A stretch of 64,000 nucleotides of DNA from an uncultured Alphaproteobacteria bacterium (lineage in GTDB: Bacteria; Pseudomonadota; Alphaproteobacteria; Rhizobiales; Xanthobacteraceae). Location of the stretch: assembly GCA_963798825.1 (NCBI GenBank), contig CAWCVE010000003.1, positions 19,250-83,249 on the forward strand, in the 5' to 3' direction. The notes beneath the pieces are model-generated. The model did no database searches, was not told the DNA's origin, and saw nothing but the letters and a program-made list of their open reading frames with translations. Below are positions 10,524 through 21,799 of this stretch, in pieces (position 1 is the stretch's first letter; each line of letters begins with the position of its first letter). Position numbers and translations under genes: made by a program.

Positions 10524-11018
10524 TCATTTGCGCGCGGTCGCGGGCTTTGTCGCGGGCTTGGCCTCGTCCTCACCCGACAGTTCGTCGAGCGCGGCGCGGA
10601 AGTCCTTGGCTTCGCGGAAATTACGGTAGACGGAGGCAAAGCGCACATAGGCCACGTCGTCGAGCCCACGCAGATGCTCTATGACGAGCTCGCCGATCGT
10701 TTCCGAAGACACTTCGTTCTCGCCTTGGCTTTCCAGTTCGCGCACGATTTTCGAGACTTCCTGCTCGATGCGCTCGGGATCGACCGAGCGCTTGCGCAGC
10801 GCGACCTGCACCGAGCGCATGAGTTTATCGCGGTCGAAGGGCACGCGGCGACCGTTGCGCTTGATCACGGTCAACTCGCGCAATTGCACGCGCTCGAAGG
10901 TGGTGAAGCGGAAATTGCAGGTGAGGCACACGCGGCGGCGGCGGATCACCGCCGAATCCTCGGTCGGCCGCGAATCCTTCACCTGCGTATCGAGGCTTCC
11001 GCAACTCGGGCAACGCAT
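10524..11018 (-). CDS. nrdR: transcriptional repressor NrdR
   Basis: [18 protein letters not shown]...[17 protein letters not shown] zinc ribbon plus ATP-cone. Confidence 0.95.
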   Translation of the reverse strand: MRCPSCGSLDTQVKDSRPTEDSAVIRRRRVCLTCNFRFTTFERVQLRELTVIKRNGRRVPFDRDKLMRSVQVALRKRSVDPERIEQEVSKIVRELESQGENEVSSETIGELVIEHLRGLDDVAYVRFASVYRNFREAKDFRAALDELSGEDEAKPATKPATARK

Positions 11019-11036
11019 GACGGCCCCCCTCGCCCG

Positions 11037-12347
11037 TTACTGATAAATCGGAAATCGTGAAATCAGCGCTTTCACTTTTTCCCGCACGGCCGCCTCGACC
11101 AGCGAGTCTTCCTCGACCTTCTTCTGCGACAGCACGTCGAGCACTTCGACGATCATCTCGCCCACCGCGCGGAACTCGGCGATGCCGAAGCCGCGCGTGG
11201 TGCCGGCCGGCGTGCCGAGACGGATACCGGAGGTGACGGTCGGCTTTTCCGGATCGAACGGGATGCCGTTCTTGTTGCAGGTGATGTGGGCGCGGCCGAG
11301 CGCCAGTTCCGCCACCTTGCCGGTGAGGCGTTTGGGCCGCAGGTCGACCAGCATCAGATGCGTGTCGGTGCCGCCGGACACGATATCGAGGCCTTTCGAC
11401 TTCAGCGTCTCGGCCAGCGCCTTGGCGTTTTCCACCACGTTGCGCGCGTAAGTGCGGAAGCTCGGCCGCAGCGCCTCGCCGAAGGCCACCGCCTTGGCGG
11501 CGATCACGTGCATCAGCGGGCCGCCCTGCATGCCGGGGAAAACCGCCGAATTGAGTTTCTTGGCGATCGCCTCGTCGTCCGACAGGATCACGCCGCCGCG
11601 CGGACCGCGCAGCGTCTTGTGCGTCGTCGTTGTCACCACATGCGCGTGCGGGAACGGCGACGGGTGCACACCGCCCGCCACCAGGCCGGCGAAGTGCGCC
11701 ATGTCCACCATCAAGAGCGCGCCGACTTCGTCGCAGATTGCGCGGAAAGCGCGGAAGTCAATGATGCGCGGATAGGCCGAGCCGCCGGCGATGATCAATT
11801 TTGGTTTGTGTTCGCGCGCGAGCCGCGCCACCTCGTCCATGTCGATGCGCTGGTCCTCGCGCCGCACGCCGTAAGGCACCGGCTTGAACCATTTGCCCGA
11901 CATGTTGACCGGCGAGCCGTGGGTCAGATGCCCGCCGGCGGCGAGGTTGAGCCCCATGAAGGTGTCGCCCGGCTGCAGCAGAGCAAAAAACACCTCGGCG
12001 TTAGCAGAAGCTCCAGAATGCGGCTGTACATTCGCAAATCTGCAGCCGAACAGCTTTGTTACCCGTTGTATGGCCAAGTTCTCGGCGATGTCGACGAACT
12101 GGCAGCCGCCGTAATAGCGTTTCCCGGGCAGGCCTTCGGCGTATTTGTTCGTCAGCACGGAGCCTTGCGCTTCCAGAACCGCGCGCGAGACGATGTTCTC
12201 CGAGGCGATCAACTCGATCTCGTCGCGTTGCCGGCCGAGTTCCTTGCTGATCGCGTCGTTGATTTCGGGATCGACCTCGGCCAGAGACGCCGAGAACAAG
12301 GTCTCTACATCGCTTGTAGGCTTAGAACTCGACGTGGCCGACATCAT
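11037..12347 (-). CDS. glyA: serine hydroxymethyltransferase
   Basis: [10 protein letters not shown] and [14 protein letters not shown] motifs. Start at the tandem ATGs 12347/12344 behind a GGAG; which of the two is used is uncertain. Confidence 0.95.
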   Translation of the reverse strand: MMSATSSSKPTSDVETLFSASLAEVDPEINDAISKELGRQRDEIELIASENIVSRAVLEAQGSVLTNKYAEGLPGKRYYGGCQFVDIAENLAIQRVTKLFGCRFANVQPHSGASANAEVFFALLQPGDTFMGLNLAAGGHLTHGSPVNMSGKWFKPVPYGVRREDQRIDMDEVARLAREHKPKLIIAGGSAYPRIIDFRAFRAICDEVGALLMVDMAHFAGLVAGGVHPSPFPHAHVVTTTTHKTLRGPRGGVILSDDEAIAKKLNSAVFPGMQGGPLMHVIAAKAVAFGEALRPSFRTYARNVVENAKALAETLKSKGLDIVSGGTDTHLMLVDLRPKRLTGKVAELALGRAHITCNKNGIPFDPEKPTVTSGIRLGTPAGTTRGFGIAEFRAVGEMIVEVLDVLSQKKVEEDSLVEAAVREKVKALISRFPIYQ

Positions 12348-12496
12348 GGTCTCCTGGCGCCGGGACAAGCCGGGGCCGCATTACGGGCAAGGTCCGGGAT
12401 TAGTCCGCAAATAGCATATCGGCCCGCCACCGCCAAGCACTGGCATGTGGATGGTGCGTGAACCGCAATATCTAGGGAGTTAAGCCGCCCGCCGCC

Positions 12497-12527
12497 AAAA
12501 CAAAACCCCGGCCGCAAGCGGCCGGGG
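12497..12527 (-). terminator. rho-independent terminator after the MarR-family gene
   Basis: On the minus strand, CCCCGGCC-GCTTGC-GGCCGGGG is followed by TTTTGTTTT. Confidence 0.6.
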
Positions 12528-12552
12528 CAAGGCATACCGCCTTTTGGAGGAA

Positions 12553-13101
12553 TTACAGGCGGTAAAGGATCTGGTCGGTCCAGAAACGCTCGAGCCGGTG
12601 CAGCGACTTGTTGAGCGTGGTGAACTCGTCGGCATTGATGCCGCCCACCTGCTCAACGGTGCGCACGTGCTTCTGATAGAGCGTCTCGACGATGTCGCGC
12701 ACCTCGCGGCCCTTGTCGGTCAGCTTGATGCGCACCGAACGGCGGTCGACGCGGCTACGCTGGTGATCGAGGAACGCCATCTCGACCAGCTTCTTGAGAT
12801 TGTAGGAGACGTTGGAGCCGAGATAGTAGCCGCGCGAACGCAGTTCGCCGGCGGTGAGCTCCTTGTCGCCGATATTGTACAGCAGCAGAGCCTGCACCGA
12901 ATTGATGTCGGCGCGGCCGCGGCGGTCGAATTCGTCCTTGATGACGTCGAGCAGCCGGCGGTGCAGCCGCTCGACCAAGGTCAAGGCCTCGTGATAGAGC
13001 GGCCTGATGTGGTCGAACTTCGCCTCGCGCTCGGCGGGTTCGACCGTCTTCACAACGGCTTTCATGTCCAACGCCCCTGTTTGCGTTTTATTGTTTCGCA
13101 A
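12553..13101 (-). CDS. MarR/LdtR-like winged-helix transcriptional regulator
   Basis: 182 aa with ELTAGELRSRGYYLGSNVSYNLKKLVEMAFLDHQRSRVDRRSVRIKLTDKG (wHTH). The start codon is uncertain. Confidence 0.8.
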   Translation of the reverse strand: MRNNKTQTGALDMKAVVKTVEPAEREAKFDHIRPLYHEALTLVERLHRRLLDVIKDEFDRRGRADINSVQALLLYNIGDKELTAGELRSRGYYLGSNVSYNLKKLVEMAFLDHQRSRVDRRSVRIKLTDKGREVRDIVETLYQKHVRTVEQVGGINADEFTTLNKSLHRLERFWTDQILYRL

Positions 13102-13277
13102 AGTCCCGGTAACGAGGCCCTGTTTTCCCCGTTCCAGATGCCGGACCCTATAAGGGGCACTCTAAAATCGGCTTAAATAACACGATAAAGATTAGATTTA
13201 TTTGCAACAGTGAACGTTTCGTTGAAGAAGCAATTAAATCTATCGCGGCAAGATTTCGTTCACCCTGAGCGACCGCA

Positions 13278-14165
13278 TCAACCGCGTACGAAGCGGATGA
13301 TACCGGAAAAATCCTTGCCGGCCTCCCCGCTCTCCACATATGCCGAATAAATCCTTGCCGCATCCGCGCCGAGCTCGGTCTTGGCGCCCGCGGCCTTCGC
13401 CGCTTCTTGCGACAGTTTCAAATCCTTAAGCATCATCGCCGCGGTGAAGCCGGCTTGATAATCGCGATTGGCTGGGGATGTCGGCACCGGTCCCGGAACG
13501 GGACAATAACTGGTGAGCGACCAGCACTGGCCCGACGACTTCGACGAGATATCGAACAGCTTCTGATGGTCGAGGCCGAGTTTCTCCGCCAGCACAAAGG
13601 CCTCCGACACGGCGATCATCGACACGCCGAGGATCATGTTGTTGCAGATTTTCGCCGCCTGCCCGTTGCCGGCGCCGCCGGCATGCACGATCGTCTTGCC
13701 CATCTTCTGCAGGATCGACTCCGCGCGGATGAAAGCCTGCGCGCTGCCGCCGACCATGAAGGTGAGCGTCGCCGCGGTGGCGCCACCGACACCGCCCGAC
13801 ACCGGCGCATCGAGCATCATGAGACCTTTTTTCTCCGCGGCACCGGCGACCGCGCGCGCGGTTTCGACGTCGATAGTCGAGCAGTCGATCAGCAACGTGC
13901 CTTCATTGGCGTTCTCGATGATGCCGGAGGAGCCGAGATAGACCTCGCGCACTTGCTTGCCCGCCGGCAGCATGGTGATGACCACGTCGGCGCGCGCGGC
14001 TGCGACTTTGGCGAATTCCGCGCTAGCGCCGCCGGCCGCCACGAGTTTGGCGACCGCGGCCGGATTGACGTCCACGCCCTCGACTTGGTGGCCGGCCTTG
14101 ATGAGGTTCTGCGCCATCGGCAGACCCATATTGCCGAGCCCGATAAATCCTATACGCGCCATCAC
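13278..14165 (-). CDS. mmsB: 3-hydroxyisobutyrate dehydrogenase
   Basis: N-terminal IGFIGLGNMGLPMA Rossmann motif, then MLDAPVSGG and GAGNGQAAKICNN. Confidence 0.9.
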   Translation of the reverse strand: MMARIGFIGLGNMGLPMAQNLIKAGHQVEGVDVNPAAVAKLVAAGGASAEFAKVAAARADVVITMLPAGKQVREVYLGSSGIIENANEGTLLIDCSTIDVETARAVAGAAEKKGLMMLDAPVSGGVGGATAATLTFMVGGSAQAFIRAESILQKMGKTIVHAGGAGNGQAAKICNNMILGVSMIAVSEAFVLAEKLGLDHQKLFDISSKSSGQCWSLTSYCPVPGPVPTSPANRDYQAGFTAAMMLKDLKLSQEAAKAAGAKTELGADAARIYSAYVESGEAGKDFSGIIRFVRG

Positions 14166-14188
14166 GTCCTCCCCGGCTTTATTTGTTT

Positions 14189-14237
14189 GCGCATGATCTT
14201 ATCCGAAAACCGGTTCCCACTTTTCGGGATGATGCGC
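14189..14237. repeat. dispersed ~49-bp palindromic intergenic element, copy 1
   Basis: GCGCATGATCTTATCCGAAAACCGGTTCCCACTTTTCGGGATGATGCGC. It is nearly identical to the copy at 49187-49235. Confidence 0.7.
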
Positions 14238-14239
14238 GA

Positions 14240-14689
14240 TCACGACGGCTGCTCCTGCGCCGATTTCAACGCCAGCCACAGATAAACCAGGAGCAGTCCG
14301 CCTTCCAACAGGCCGGTCAGCAGGCTCGCCCCGAAAACCTGCGGGAAAAATATTTCCACCGCCAGCATGGAAGCGACCGCCGTGAGCCAGATCACCGCGC
14401 CCCAGGCGGCGGCAAGCCAAAGTCCGACGGCGGCGACCAGATCGATCACCGCGAAGAACACGGTTGCCGCCTGCCAGGCGATGGAATGATACTGGAACAC
14501 GCTGCTCGGATCGATGCCGATACCGCACACCCGCGACCAATGATAAAGGCCCTTGAGCATCGATAGGCCAGCCATCACGCGCAGGAACAGCACCAGCCGC
14601 CGCGTCCAGCGGCCGACGCTTTCGCCGCCGGCGTGCTCCTGCACTGGCTCCAGGCTCTGCAGATCGTCCGGTGCGAACGGCTCGCTCAT
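14240..14689 (-). CDS. small integral membrane protein of unknown function
   Basis: 149 aa with about 4 TM helices. Its start overlaps the stop of the upstream hydrolase gene by 4 nt (ATGA), suggesting translational coupling. Confidence 0.6.
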   Translation of the reverse strand: MSEPFAPDDLQSLEPVQEHAGGESVGRWTRRLVLFLRVMAGLSMLKGLYHWSRVCGIGIDPSSVFQYHSIAWQAATVFFAVIDLVAAVGLWLAAAWGAVIWLTAVASMLAVEIFFPQVFGASLLTGLLEGGLLLVYLWLALKSAQEQPS

Positions 14690-15741
14690 GGCAGCACCAA
14701 TTCGCCGGCGCCGAGCGCCGCGAAATGGCGCTCGACTTCCGCTTCGCTCACCGCGGCGAGCGTCGCCGGCTGCCAGCGCGGCTTGTTGTCCTTGTCGACG
14801 ATCACGGCGCGCACGCCCTCGTAGAAATCATGGCCATGGATGACGCGCGACACTATGCGGAATTCGGCGCGCATGCACCTCTCGAAATCCCATGCTTTAC
14901 CGCGCCGCACTTGCGCCAGCGCCAGTTTGAGGCTGAGCGGCGATTTGGTCCGCATGGCGGCGGCGGTCTTGCCAGCCCATTCGGCATCCGCGCTCGCCGA
15001 CGCCGCCTTGCGGTCGAGCGCGGCGAGGATGTCCTCGACCCGATTGCCCTCGAATAAACGGTCGATTGCCGCGCGCCGCGCCAAGATCGCGCCCTCGCCT
15101 GCCGGCTCGGCAAAGGCGGCAAGCAGCGCGTCGACGGAGACCGTGCCTGTCAGGCCATCGAGCAGCGCGCCAAAACGGGCCGAGGGAATCCGGTGAGTGG
15201 CGAGACCGGCCGCGACGGCATCGGCGCTGTTGAAGCGCTCGCCGGTGAGCCCGCAAAACGTGCCGAGTTCGCCCGGCAAGCGCGGCAGGAACCAGGTCGC
15301 CCCGACATCCGGAAAAAAGCCGATGCCGACTTCCGGCATGGCGAAGGTGTAGCGGTCGCCGGCCACGCGGTGCGAGCCGTGCACCGAAACGCCGACTCCG
15401 CCGCCCATCACCAGCCCGTCGATCAGCGCCACGAAAGGCTTGCGGAAATTCTTGATAACGACGTTGAGCGGATATTCGTCGCGCCAGAATTGCAGCGCCT
15501 CGTCGTGGCGGCCCGTCTGGCCGAGATCGTAAAGCGCGCGGATGTCGCCGCCGGCCGAGAAGGCGCGCTCGCCGGCCGCTTGGATCACCACGCGAGTGAT
15601 GGCCGGGTCGTCGCCCCAAGCATCAAGTTGCGCGCGAAGCGCGCGCACCATGTCGTGCGTGACGGCGTTGAGCGCCTGCGGCCGGTTGAGCGTGATCAGC
15701 CCGGCCGCGCCGCGACGTTCGAACAGAATATCGTCGCTCAT
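14686..15741 (-). CDS. enoyl-CoA hydratase/isomerase family protein, probable 3-hydroxyisobutyryl-CoA hydrolase
   Basis: ITLNRPQALNA and FSAGGDIR crotonase motifs, with the long C-terminal extension typical of HIBYL-CoA hydrolases. Start at MSDDILFERRG (15741). Lies in the valine-catabolism context. Confidence 0.85.
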   Translation of the reverse strand: MSDDILFERRGAAGLITLNRPQALNAVTHDMVRALRAQLDAWGDDPAITRVVIQAAGERAFSAGGDIRALYDLGQTGRHDEALQFWRDEYPLNVVIKNFRKPFVALIDGLVMGGGVGVSVHGSHRVAGDRYTFAMPEVGIGFFPDVGATWFLPRLPGELGTFCGLTGERFNSADAVAAGLATHRIPSARFGALLDGLTGTVSVDALLAAFAEPAGEGAILARRAAIDRLFEGNRVEDILAALDRKAASASADAEWAGKTAAAMRTKSPLSLKLALAQVRRGKAWDFERCMRAEFRIVSRVIHGHDFYEGVRAVIVDKDNKPRWQPATLAAVSEAEVERHFAALGAGELVLP

Positions 15742-15760
15742 CGCGGCCGGTTCACTTAAT

Positions 15761-16324
15761 TTAACGCTGCGGCCAGACGCCGGCGGTTTCCAGCCGCGCC
15801 ATCGCCTGGTCGGAGAACTCCGCCTGCGGCGCATCGCCGCCGATGACGAACATCAGAATCGATTCCGCGTTTGCGTCGCCTTTGGTGACGTTCTCGAAGC
15901 GGCGGATCATGCCGGGCGGAAACGAGACCACGTCGAGCGGCCCGAGATCGACGTACTCGACCTCGCCCTTCTCGTTTTCCCAGCTGGCGCGCCAGGTGCC
16001 GGTCATCGGGATGAAGGTCTCGTTGGTGTCGTGATTGTGCATTTCCGGTCCATGGCCGGGCTTGGCCTTGCAGTAGCCGAGGTTGAAGCCCTCGCTGATC
16101 TTGATCGCCGCCAAGCGCGCCGCCTCCGAGCCGACCGGCGAGGTCACGCCGCCCTCGCCGATGTTCTCCGGCGGCTGGAAGCCGATGACGTTATAGAGCG
16201 TGCGCTCGCAGCCCGGCATCTTGCTGTCGGGCAGCCCGCCGTCGGAACCTTTGAGATCCTTGAAACGCGCAATGCGTTTCATCATTTCGGCCTTGGTCAC
16301 ATAGATTCTCGGAAGCTGTTCCAT
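15761..16324 (-). CDS. cupin domain protein
   Basis: GHGPEMHNHDTNETFIPMTG...VVSFPPGMIRRFENV two-motif cupin signature. Confidence 0.7.
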   Translation of the reverse strand: MEQLPRIYVTKAEMMKRIARFKDLKGSDGGLPDSKMPGCERTLYNVIGFQPPENIGEGGVTSPVGSEAARLAAIKISEGFNLGYCKAKPGHGPEMHNHDTNETFIPMTGTWRASWENEKGEVEYVDLGPLDVVSFPPGMIRRFENVTKGDANAESILMFVIGGDAPQAEFSDQAMARLETAGVWPQR

Positions 16325-16341
16325 GACGCCCTCCTGAATTC

Positions 16342-17481
16342 CTAGTTTCCCAGCATAGCGCGACTGACGATCAGCCGCATGATCTCGTTGGTGCCTTCTA
16401 GTATTTGATGCACGCGCACGTCGCGCAAGACGCGTTCGATCGGGTGATCGCGCAAATAGCCGTAGCCGCCATGCAACTGCAGGCAGCCGTTGACCACGTC
16501 GAAACCCGTATCGGTGGCAAGGCGCTTGGCCTGCGCGGCAAGCCGCGTCGCTGCCGGCTCGCCCGCGCTGACCGCGACCGCCGCGCGATGCAGCAGCAAG
16601 CGCGCAGCTTCCAGCTCCGTTGCGTAGTCGGCAATGCGGAATTGCAACGCCTGGAACTCAGCCAGCCGCGAGCCGAACTGCTTGCGCTCCTTCATGTAGT
16701 CGATGGTGCGATCGAGGCAGAACTGCGCGCCGCCGAGCGAGCAGGCGCCGATGTTCAGACGGCCGCCGTCGAGGCCGGCCATGGCGATCTTGAAGCCTTG
16801 GCCTTCGCGCCCGATCAAATTCGCCGCCGGCACGCGGCAATTTTCGAACATCACCATCGCGGTCGGCTGCGATTTCCAGCCGAGCTTTTTCTCCTGCGCG
16901 CCGTAGGAAAGTCCCTTCGTGCCCTTCTCCACCACGACGGTTGAAATGCCGCGCGGGCCCGCTTCGCCTGTGCGCGCCATCACCACATAAATGTCGGAGA
17001 CACCGCCGCCGGAAATGAAGGCCTTGCTGCCGTCGAGCACGTAACTATTGCCGTCGCGGCGAGCGCGCGTCGAAAGGCTGGCGGCGTCTGAGCCCGCGCC
17101 CGGCTCGGTCAGGCAGTAGCTCGCGAAATGCTGCATCGAGCAGAGCTTGGGCAGGAATTTCTTGCGCGCGGCGTCGCTGCCATAGGCGTCGATCATCCAG
17201 GCCGCCATGTTGTGGATCGAGATATAGGCGGCGGTCGAAGTGCAGCCTTGCGCCAGTTCCTCGAAGATCAACGCTGCGTCGAGCCGCGTGAGCGCCGACC
17301 CGCCGACGTCTTCCTTGACGTAGATGCCGCCGAAGCCGAGCGCGGCGGCTTTGCGCAGCGCCTCTACCGGGAAAATCTCGCCCTCGTCCCAGTCGCGCGC
17401 ATGCGGCATCATGTCGTCGCGCGCAAATTGCCGCGCGGTGGCCTGAAAGGCGCGTTGCTCGGAGGTGAGGTCGAAATCCAT
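16342..17481 (-). CDS. acyl-CoA dehydrogenase (isobutyryl-CoA dehydrogenase-like)
   Basis: 379 aa with CLTEPGAGSDA, QLHGGYGY and ILEGTNEIMR motifs. Clustered with mmsB and the hydrolase. Confidence 0.9.
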   Translation of the reverse strand: MDFDLTSEQRAFQATARQFARDDMMPHARDWDEGEIFPVEALRKAAALGFGGIYVKEDVGGSALTRLDAALIFEELAQGCTSTAAYISIHNMAAWMIDAYGSDAARKKFLPKLCSMQHFASYCLTEPGAGSDAASLSTRARRDGNSYVLDGSKAFISGGGVSDIYVVMARTGEAGPRGISTVVVEKGTKGLSYGAQEKKLGWKSQPTAMVMFENCRVPAANLIGREGQGFKIAMAGLDGGRLNIGACSLGGAQFCLDRTIDYMKERKQFGSRLAEFQALQFRIADYATELEAARLLLHRAAVAVSAGEPAATRLAAQAKRLATDTGFDVVNGCLQLHGGYGYLRDHPIERVLRDVRVHQILEGTNEIMRLIVSRAMLGN

Positions 17482-17550
17482 GGCTTCGACCGATAGAAGG
17501 CGGCTTTAGCCCCGTCAACGGCGGTTATGGGTGGCCAAAGGGGCGGGTAG

Positions 17551-18660
<1,110 letters not shown>

Positions 18661-18720
18661 AAGCCCACTCGCTTCCCTCCCGCTCACCGGCCATCCTGAA
18701 ATCGACGGTTAATATTTTCC

Positions 18721-21030
18721 ATGGGTGAATTCGCAATCGGTCAAGGCGTGTCGCGTTTCGAAGATCCGCGGCTGATCCAGGGCGGCGGCCGCTACACCGA
18801 CGACGTCAAACTGCCCGGCATGGCGCACGGCGTCGTGCTGCGCTCGCCGCATGCGCACGCCAAGATTAAGTCGATCGACACCGCCGCAGCCAAAGCCGCG
18901 CCCGGCGTTTTGTGCGTTCTCACGAGCGCCGACGTGAATGCGGCAGGCTTCGGCGACCTCCCGGTTCCCGGCGGCCTCAAGCGGCGCGACGGCTCGCCGC
19001 AATGCAAGCCGCGCTATCCGATCCTGGCGGAAGACCGCGTGCGCTGGCTCGGCGACAGCGTCGTTTTCGTGGTGGCCGAGACCGTGGCGCAGGCCATGGA
19101 CGCCGCTGAACTCATTCAAGTCGACTACGAGCCCCTGCCCGCCGTCACCTCCACCGCCGAGGCGCCGAAACCGGGCGCGCCGCGCGTCTGGGACGACTGC
19201 CCCGACAATATCGGCTTCGTCGAGCTGATCGGCGACAAGGCTGCGACCGACGCCGCCTTCGCGCGCGCCGCGCACATCGTCAAGCATCGCTTTGTCATCA
19301 ACCGGGTCACCGCCGTTACCATGGAGCCGCGCGGCGCGGTCGGCGACTATCATGCCGCCGACAGGCGCTACACGCTCTACACCGCCTTGCAGCGCCCGCA
19401 TCCGGTGCGCGCCGATCTCGCCAAGGTGCTGAAAGTCACCGAAAGCAAAATCCGCATCATCACCGGCGACACCGGCGGCAGTTTCGGTATGAAGTCGCCG
19501 ATTTTCAACGAGACCCCGCTGGTGCTCTTGGCGTCCAAACTCACTGGACGGCCGGTGAAATGGATCAGCACGCGCTCGGAAGCTTTCTTGAGCGACGCGC
19601 AGGCGCGCGACAACGTCACCGAAGCCGAACTGGCGCTCGACAAAGACGGCGTTTTCCTCGCTTTCCGGGTCAAGACTTTCGCCGCCATCGGCGCCTATCT
19701 GCAGCACGCCATGCCAGCCTTCCTATTCAACGCCGGCACGCTCGCCGGTACCTACCGCACGCCGGCGATGTTTGCCGACATCACCGCGGTGTTCACCAAT
19801 ACCAATCCGGTGCGGCCCTATCGCGGCAACGGCCGGCCCGAGGCGGCCTACGTGATCGAACGCATGGTCGATCTCGCCGCCGATGAGCTCGGCATCGAGC
19901 CCGCCGAATTGCGCCGGCGCAACTACATCCCGCCGAGCGCCATGCCGTTCAAGACCGGACTCACTTTTACCTACGACAGCGGCGAATTCGAAAAGAACAT
20001 GGATCTCGCGCTCGAGATTGCCGACTTCAAGGGCTTCAAAGGGCGCAAGGCGCAAGCGCGTAAAAGCGGCAGACTGCGCGGCTTTGGCATTTCCAACACC
20101 ATCGAGCGCGCCGCCGCCGCCTCGACCGAAGGCGCCGAAGTACGCTTCGACCGCTCCGGCGCGGCCTCGATCTTCTCGGGCTCGAACAGCCAGGGCCAGG
20201 GCCACGAGACCGTATTCAAGCAACTGGTCTGCGACCGGCTCGGCCTCGATCCCGCCGAGGTGCAATACATGCAGGGCGACACCGACGAGGTGTTCTACGG
20301 CGAGGGCACCGGCGGCTCGCGCTCGGCGACCATGGCCGGCTCCGCCTTCCATATGGCGTCGGAGAAGATCGTCGCCAAGGCGCGCGCCATCGCCGCGCAT
20401 CTACTCAAGGTCGCTCCCGACGAACTCAATTTCGCGGAAGGGGTATTTTCAAGCAAGGCGACCAACCGCACGCTGACGGTGAAGGAAATCGCCAGGCACT
20501 CGTTCGACCCCGCCAAGTTGCCGCAAGGCATCGAGGCCGGCCTCTCCGCCAACGCGGTCTACACCGCGCCGATCGCTAATTATCCGAACGGCTGCCACAT
20601 CTGCGAAGTCGAGATCGAACAGGACACCGGCAAGGTCGAGATCGTGCGTTATTCCGTGGTGGACGACGTCGGCACCGTGCTCAATCCCATGTTGCTGCAC
20701 GGCCAGATTCACGGCGGCATCGCGCAGGGCGCGGGGCAGGTGCTGATGGAGGACATCCATTTCGACGCGCAAGGCCAGCTCGTCACCGGCTCGTTCATGG
20801 ATTACGCCATGCCGCACGCGCACGATTTTTGCGCCATGGAAGTCGAGAGCAATCCAGTGCCGACCAAGACCAACCCGCTCGGTACCAAGGGCGCCGGCGA
20901 GGCCGGCTGCGTCGGCGCGCTGCCGGCGGTGGCCAATGCGCTGGTCGACGCCTTGAGCGAATTCGGCGTCAAGCACATCGAGATGCCGGCAACGCCCGAG
21001 CGCGTCTGGCGAGCGATGCAGCCGAAGTAA
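18721..21030 (+). CDS. xanthine dehydrogenase/aldehyde oxidase family molybdopterin-binding subunit
   Basis: 769 aa with GQGVSRFEDPRLIQGGGRYTDD at the N-terminus, PYRGNGRPEA, GQGHET and GTKGAGEAG. No adjacent FeS or FAD subunit genes. Confidence 0.9.
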   Translation: MGEFAIGQGVSRFEDPRLIQGGGRYTDDVKLPGMAHGVVLRSPHAHAKIKSIDTAAAKAAPGVLCVLTSADVNAAGFGDLPVPGGLKRRDGSPQCKPRYPILAEDRVRWLGDSVVFVVAETVAQAMDAAELIQVDYEPLPAVTSTAEAPKPGAPRVWDDCPDNIGFVELIGDKAATDAAFARAAHIVKHRFVINRVTAVTMEPRGAVGDYHAADRRYTLYTALQRPHPVRADLAKVLKVTESKIRIITGDTGGSFGMKSPIFNETPLVLLASKLTGRPVKWISTRSEAFLSDAQARDNVTEAELALDKDGVFLAFRVKTFAAIGAYLQHAMPAFLFNAGTLAGTYRTPAMFADITAVFTNTNPVRPYRGNGRPEAAYVIERMVDLAADELGIEPAELRRRNYIPPSAMPFKTGLTFTYDSGEFEKNMDLALEIADFKGFKGRKAQARKSGRLRGFGISNTIERAAAASTEGAEVRFDRSGAASIFSGSNSQGQGHETVFKQLVCDRLGLDPAEVQYMQGDTDEVFYGEGTGGSRSATMAGSAFHMASEKIVAKARAIAAHLLKVAPDELNFAEGVFSSKATNRTLTVKEIARHSFDPAKLPQGIEAGLSANAVYTAPIANYPNGCHICEVEIEQDTGKVEIVRYSVVDDVGTVLNPMLLHGQIHGGIAQGAGQVLMEDIHFDAQGQLVTGSFMDYAMPHAHDFCAMEVESNPVPTKTNPLGTKGAGEAGCVGALPAVANALVDALSEFGVKHIEMPATPERVWRAMQPK

Positions 21031-21799
21031 TCAGCCGCAGCCGGCGCCGATTTCGATGCGGTCGCTGCGCAAGTTGTCTTGCAGCACGCGATTGCGCGGT
21101 AGATGCAGGCCGCATTCGGTGTTGCCGTCCTGTTCCCACCACCAGCGGCCATTGCGCTCGGGTTCGCCCGGGCGCAGCGCACGGGTGCAGGGCGCGCAGC
21201 CGATCGAGGCGAAACCTTTGGCGTGCAAGGCATTGATCGGAACGTCGTGGCGGCGCGCTTCGGCGAGCACGGCCTCGCGCGTCCAATCGTACAGCGGATT
21301 GAACTTGAGCAGGCCCCGGCTGGCGTCGAAGCCCGACAGGCCGGCGTCGCGCCGGTTTTCATTCTGGTCGGCGCGCAGGCCGGTGATCCAGGCTGCGGCG
21401 CCGGCGAGCGCGCGGTCGAGCGGCCTGGTCTTGCGCACGTTGCAGCAGGCTTCGCGCGCACGCTTTGAACTCATAGATGCAGTCAATGCCCTGTTTGGCG
21501 ACCAGCCGCTCCAGCGCCGCGCGGTTGGGATAGATGGCGCGGATGCGGCGGCCGTACCGGCGCTCCGTCTCCGCCCACAATTGGTAGGTTTCCGGGAACA
21601 ACCGCCCAGTGTCGAGCGTCACCACGTCGATGTCGAGGCCACGCTCGCAGATCCAATGGAAGATGAGCTGGCCCTCGATGCCGAAGCCGTGCGTGAAGAC
21701 GATGGAGCCGTCGAGCGCGCAGCGCAAATGGACAAGCCGCTCGGCCGCCGGCAGGTCTGCCACCTCGTCGCTGCGAATTTGGCTCGTGACATCAAGCAT
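21031..21799 (-). pseudogene. cysH: phosphoadenosine phosphosulfate (PAPS) reductase, interrupted by an apparent 1-nt insertion near 21452-21466
   Basis: N-terminal part MLDVTSQ...FGIEGQLIFHW...DTGRLFPETY...QGIDCIYEFKA is in one frame. The conserved ...REACCNVRKTRPLDRAL..AWITGLR...GFASIGCAPCTRA..RNGRWWWE follows in the +1 frame. The span is 769 nt, which is 3n+1. Confidence 0.8.

Noticed and set aside
12348-12496. glyA leader, considered as a possible ZTP or other riboswitch
   Set aside because: I could not find the ZTP (pfl) conserved cores or any other riboswitch signature by eye. Only the upstream gene's terminator is clear. An Infernal scan would be needed.
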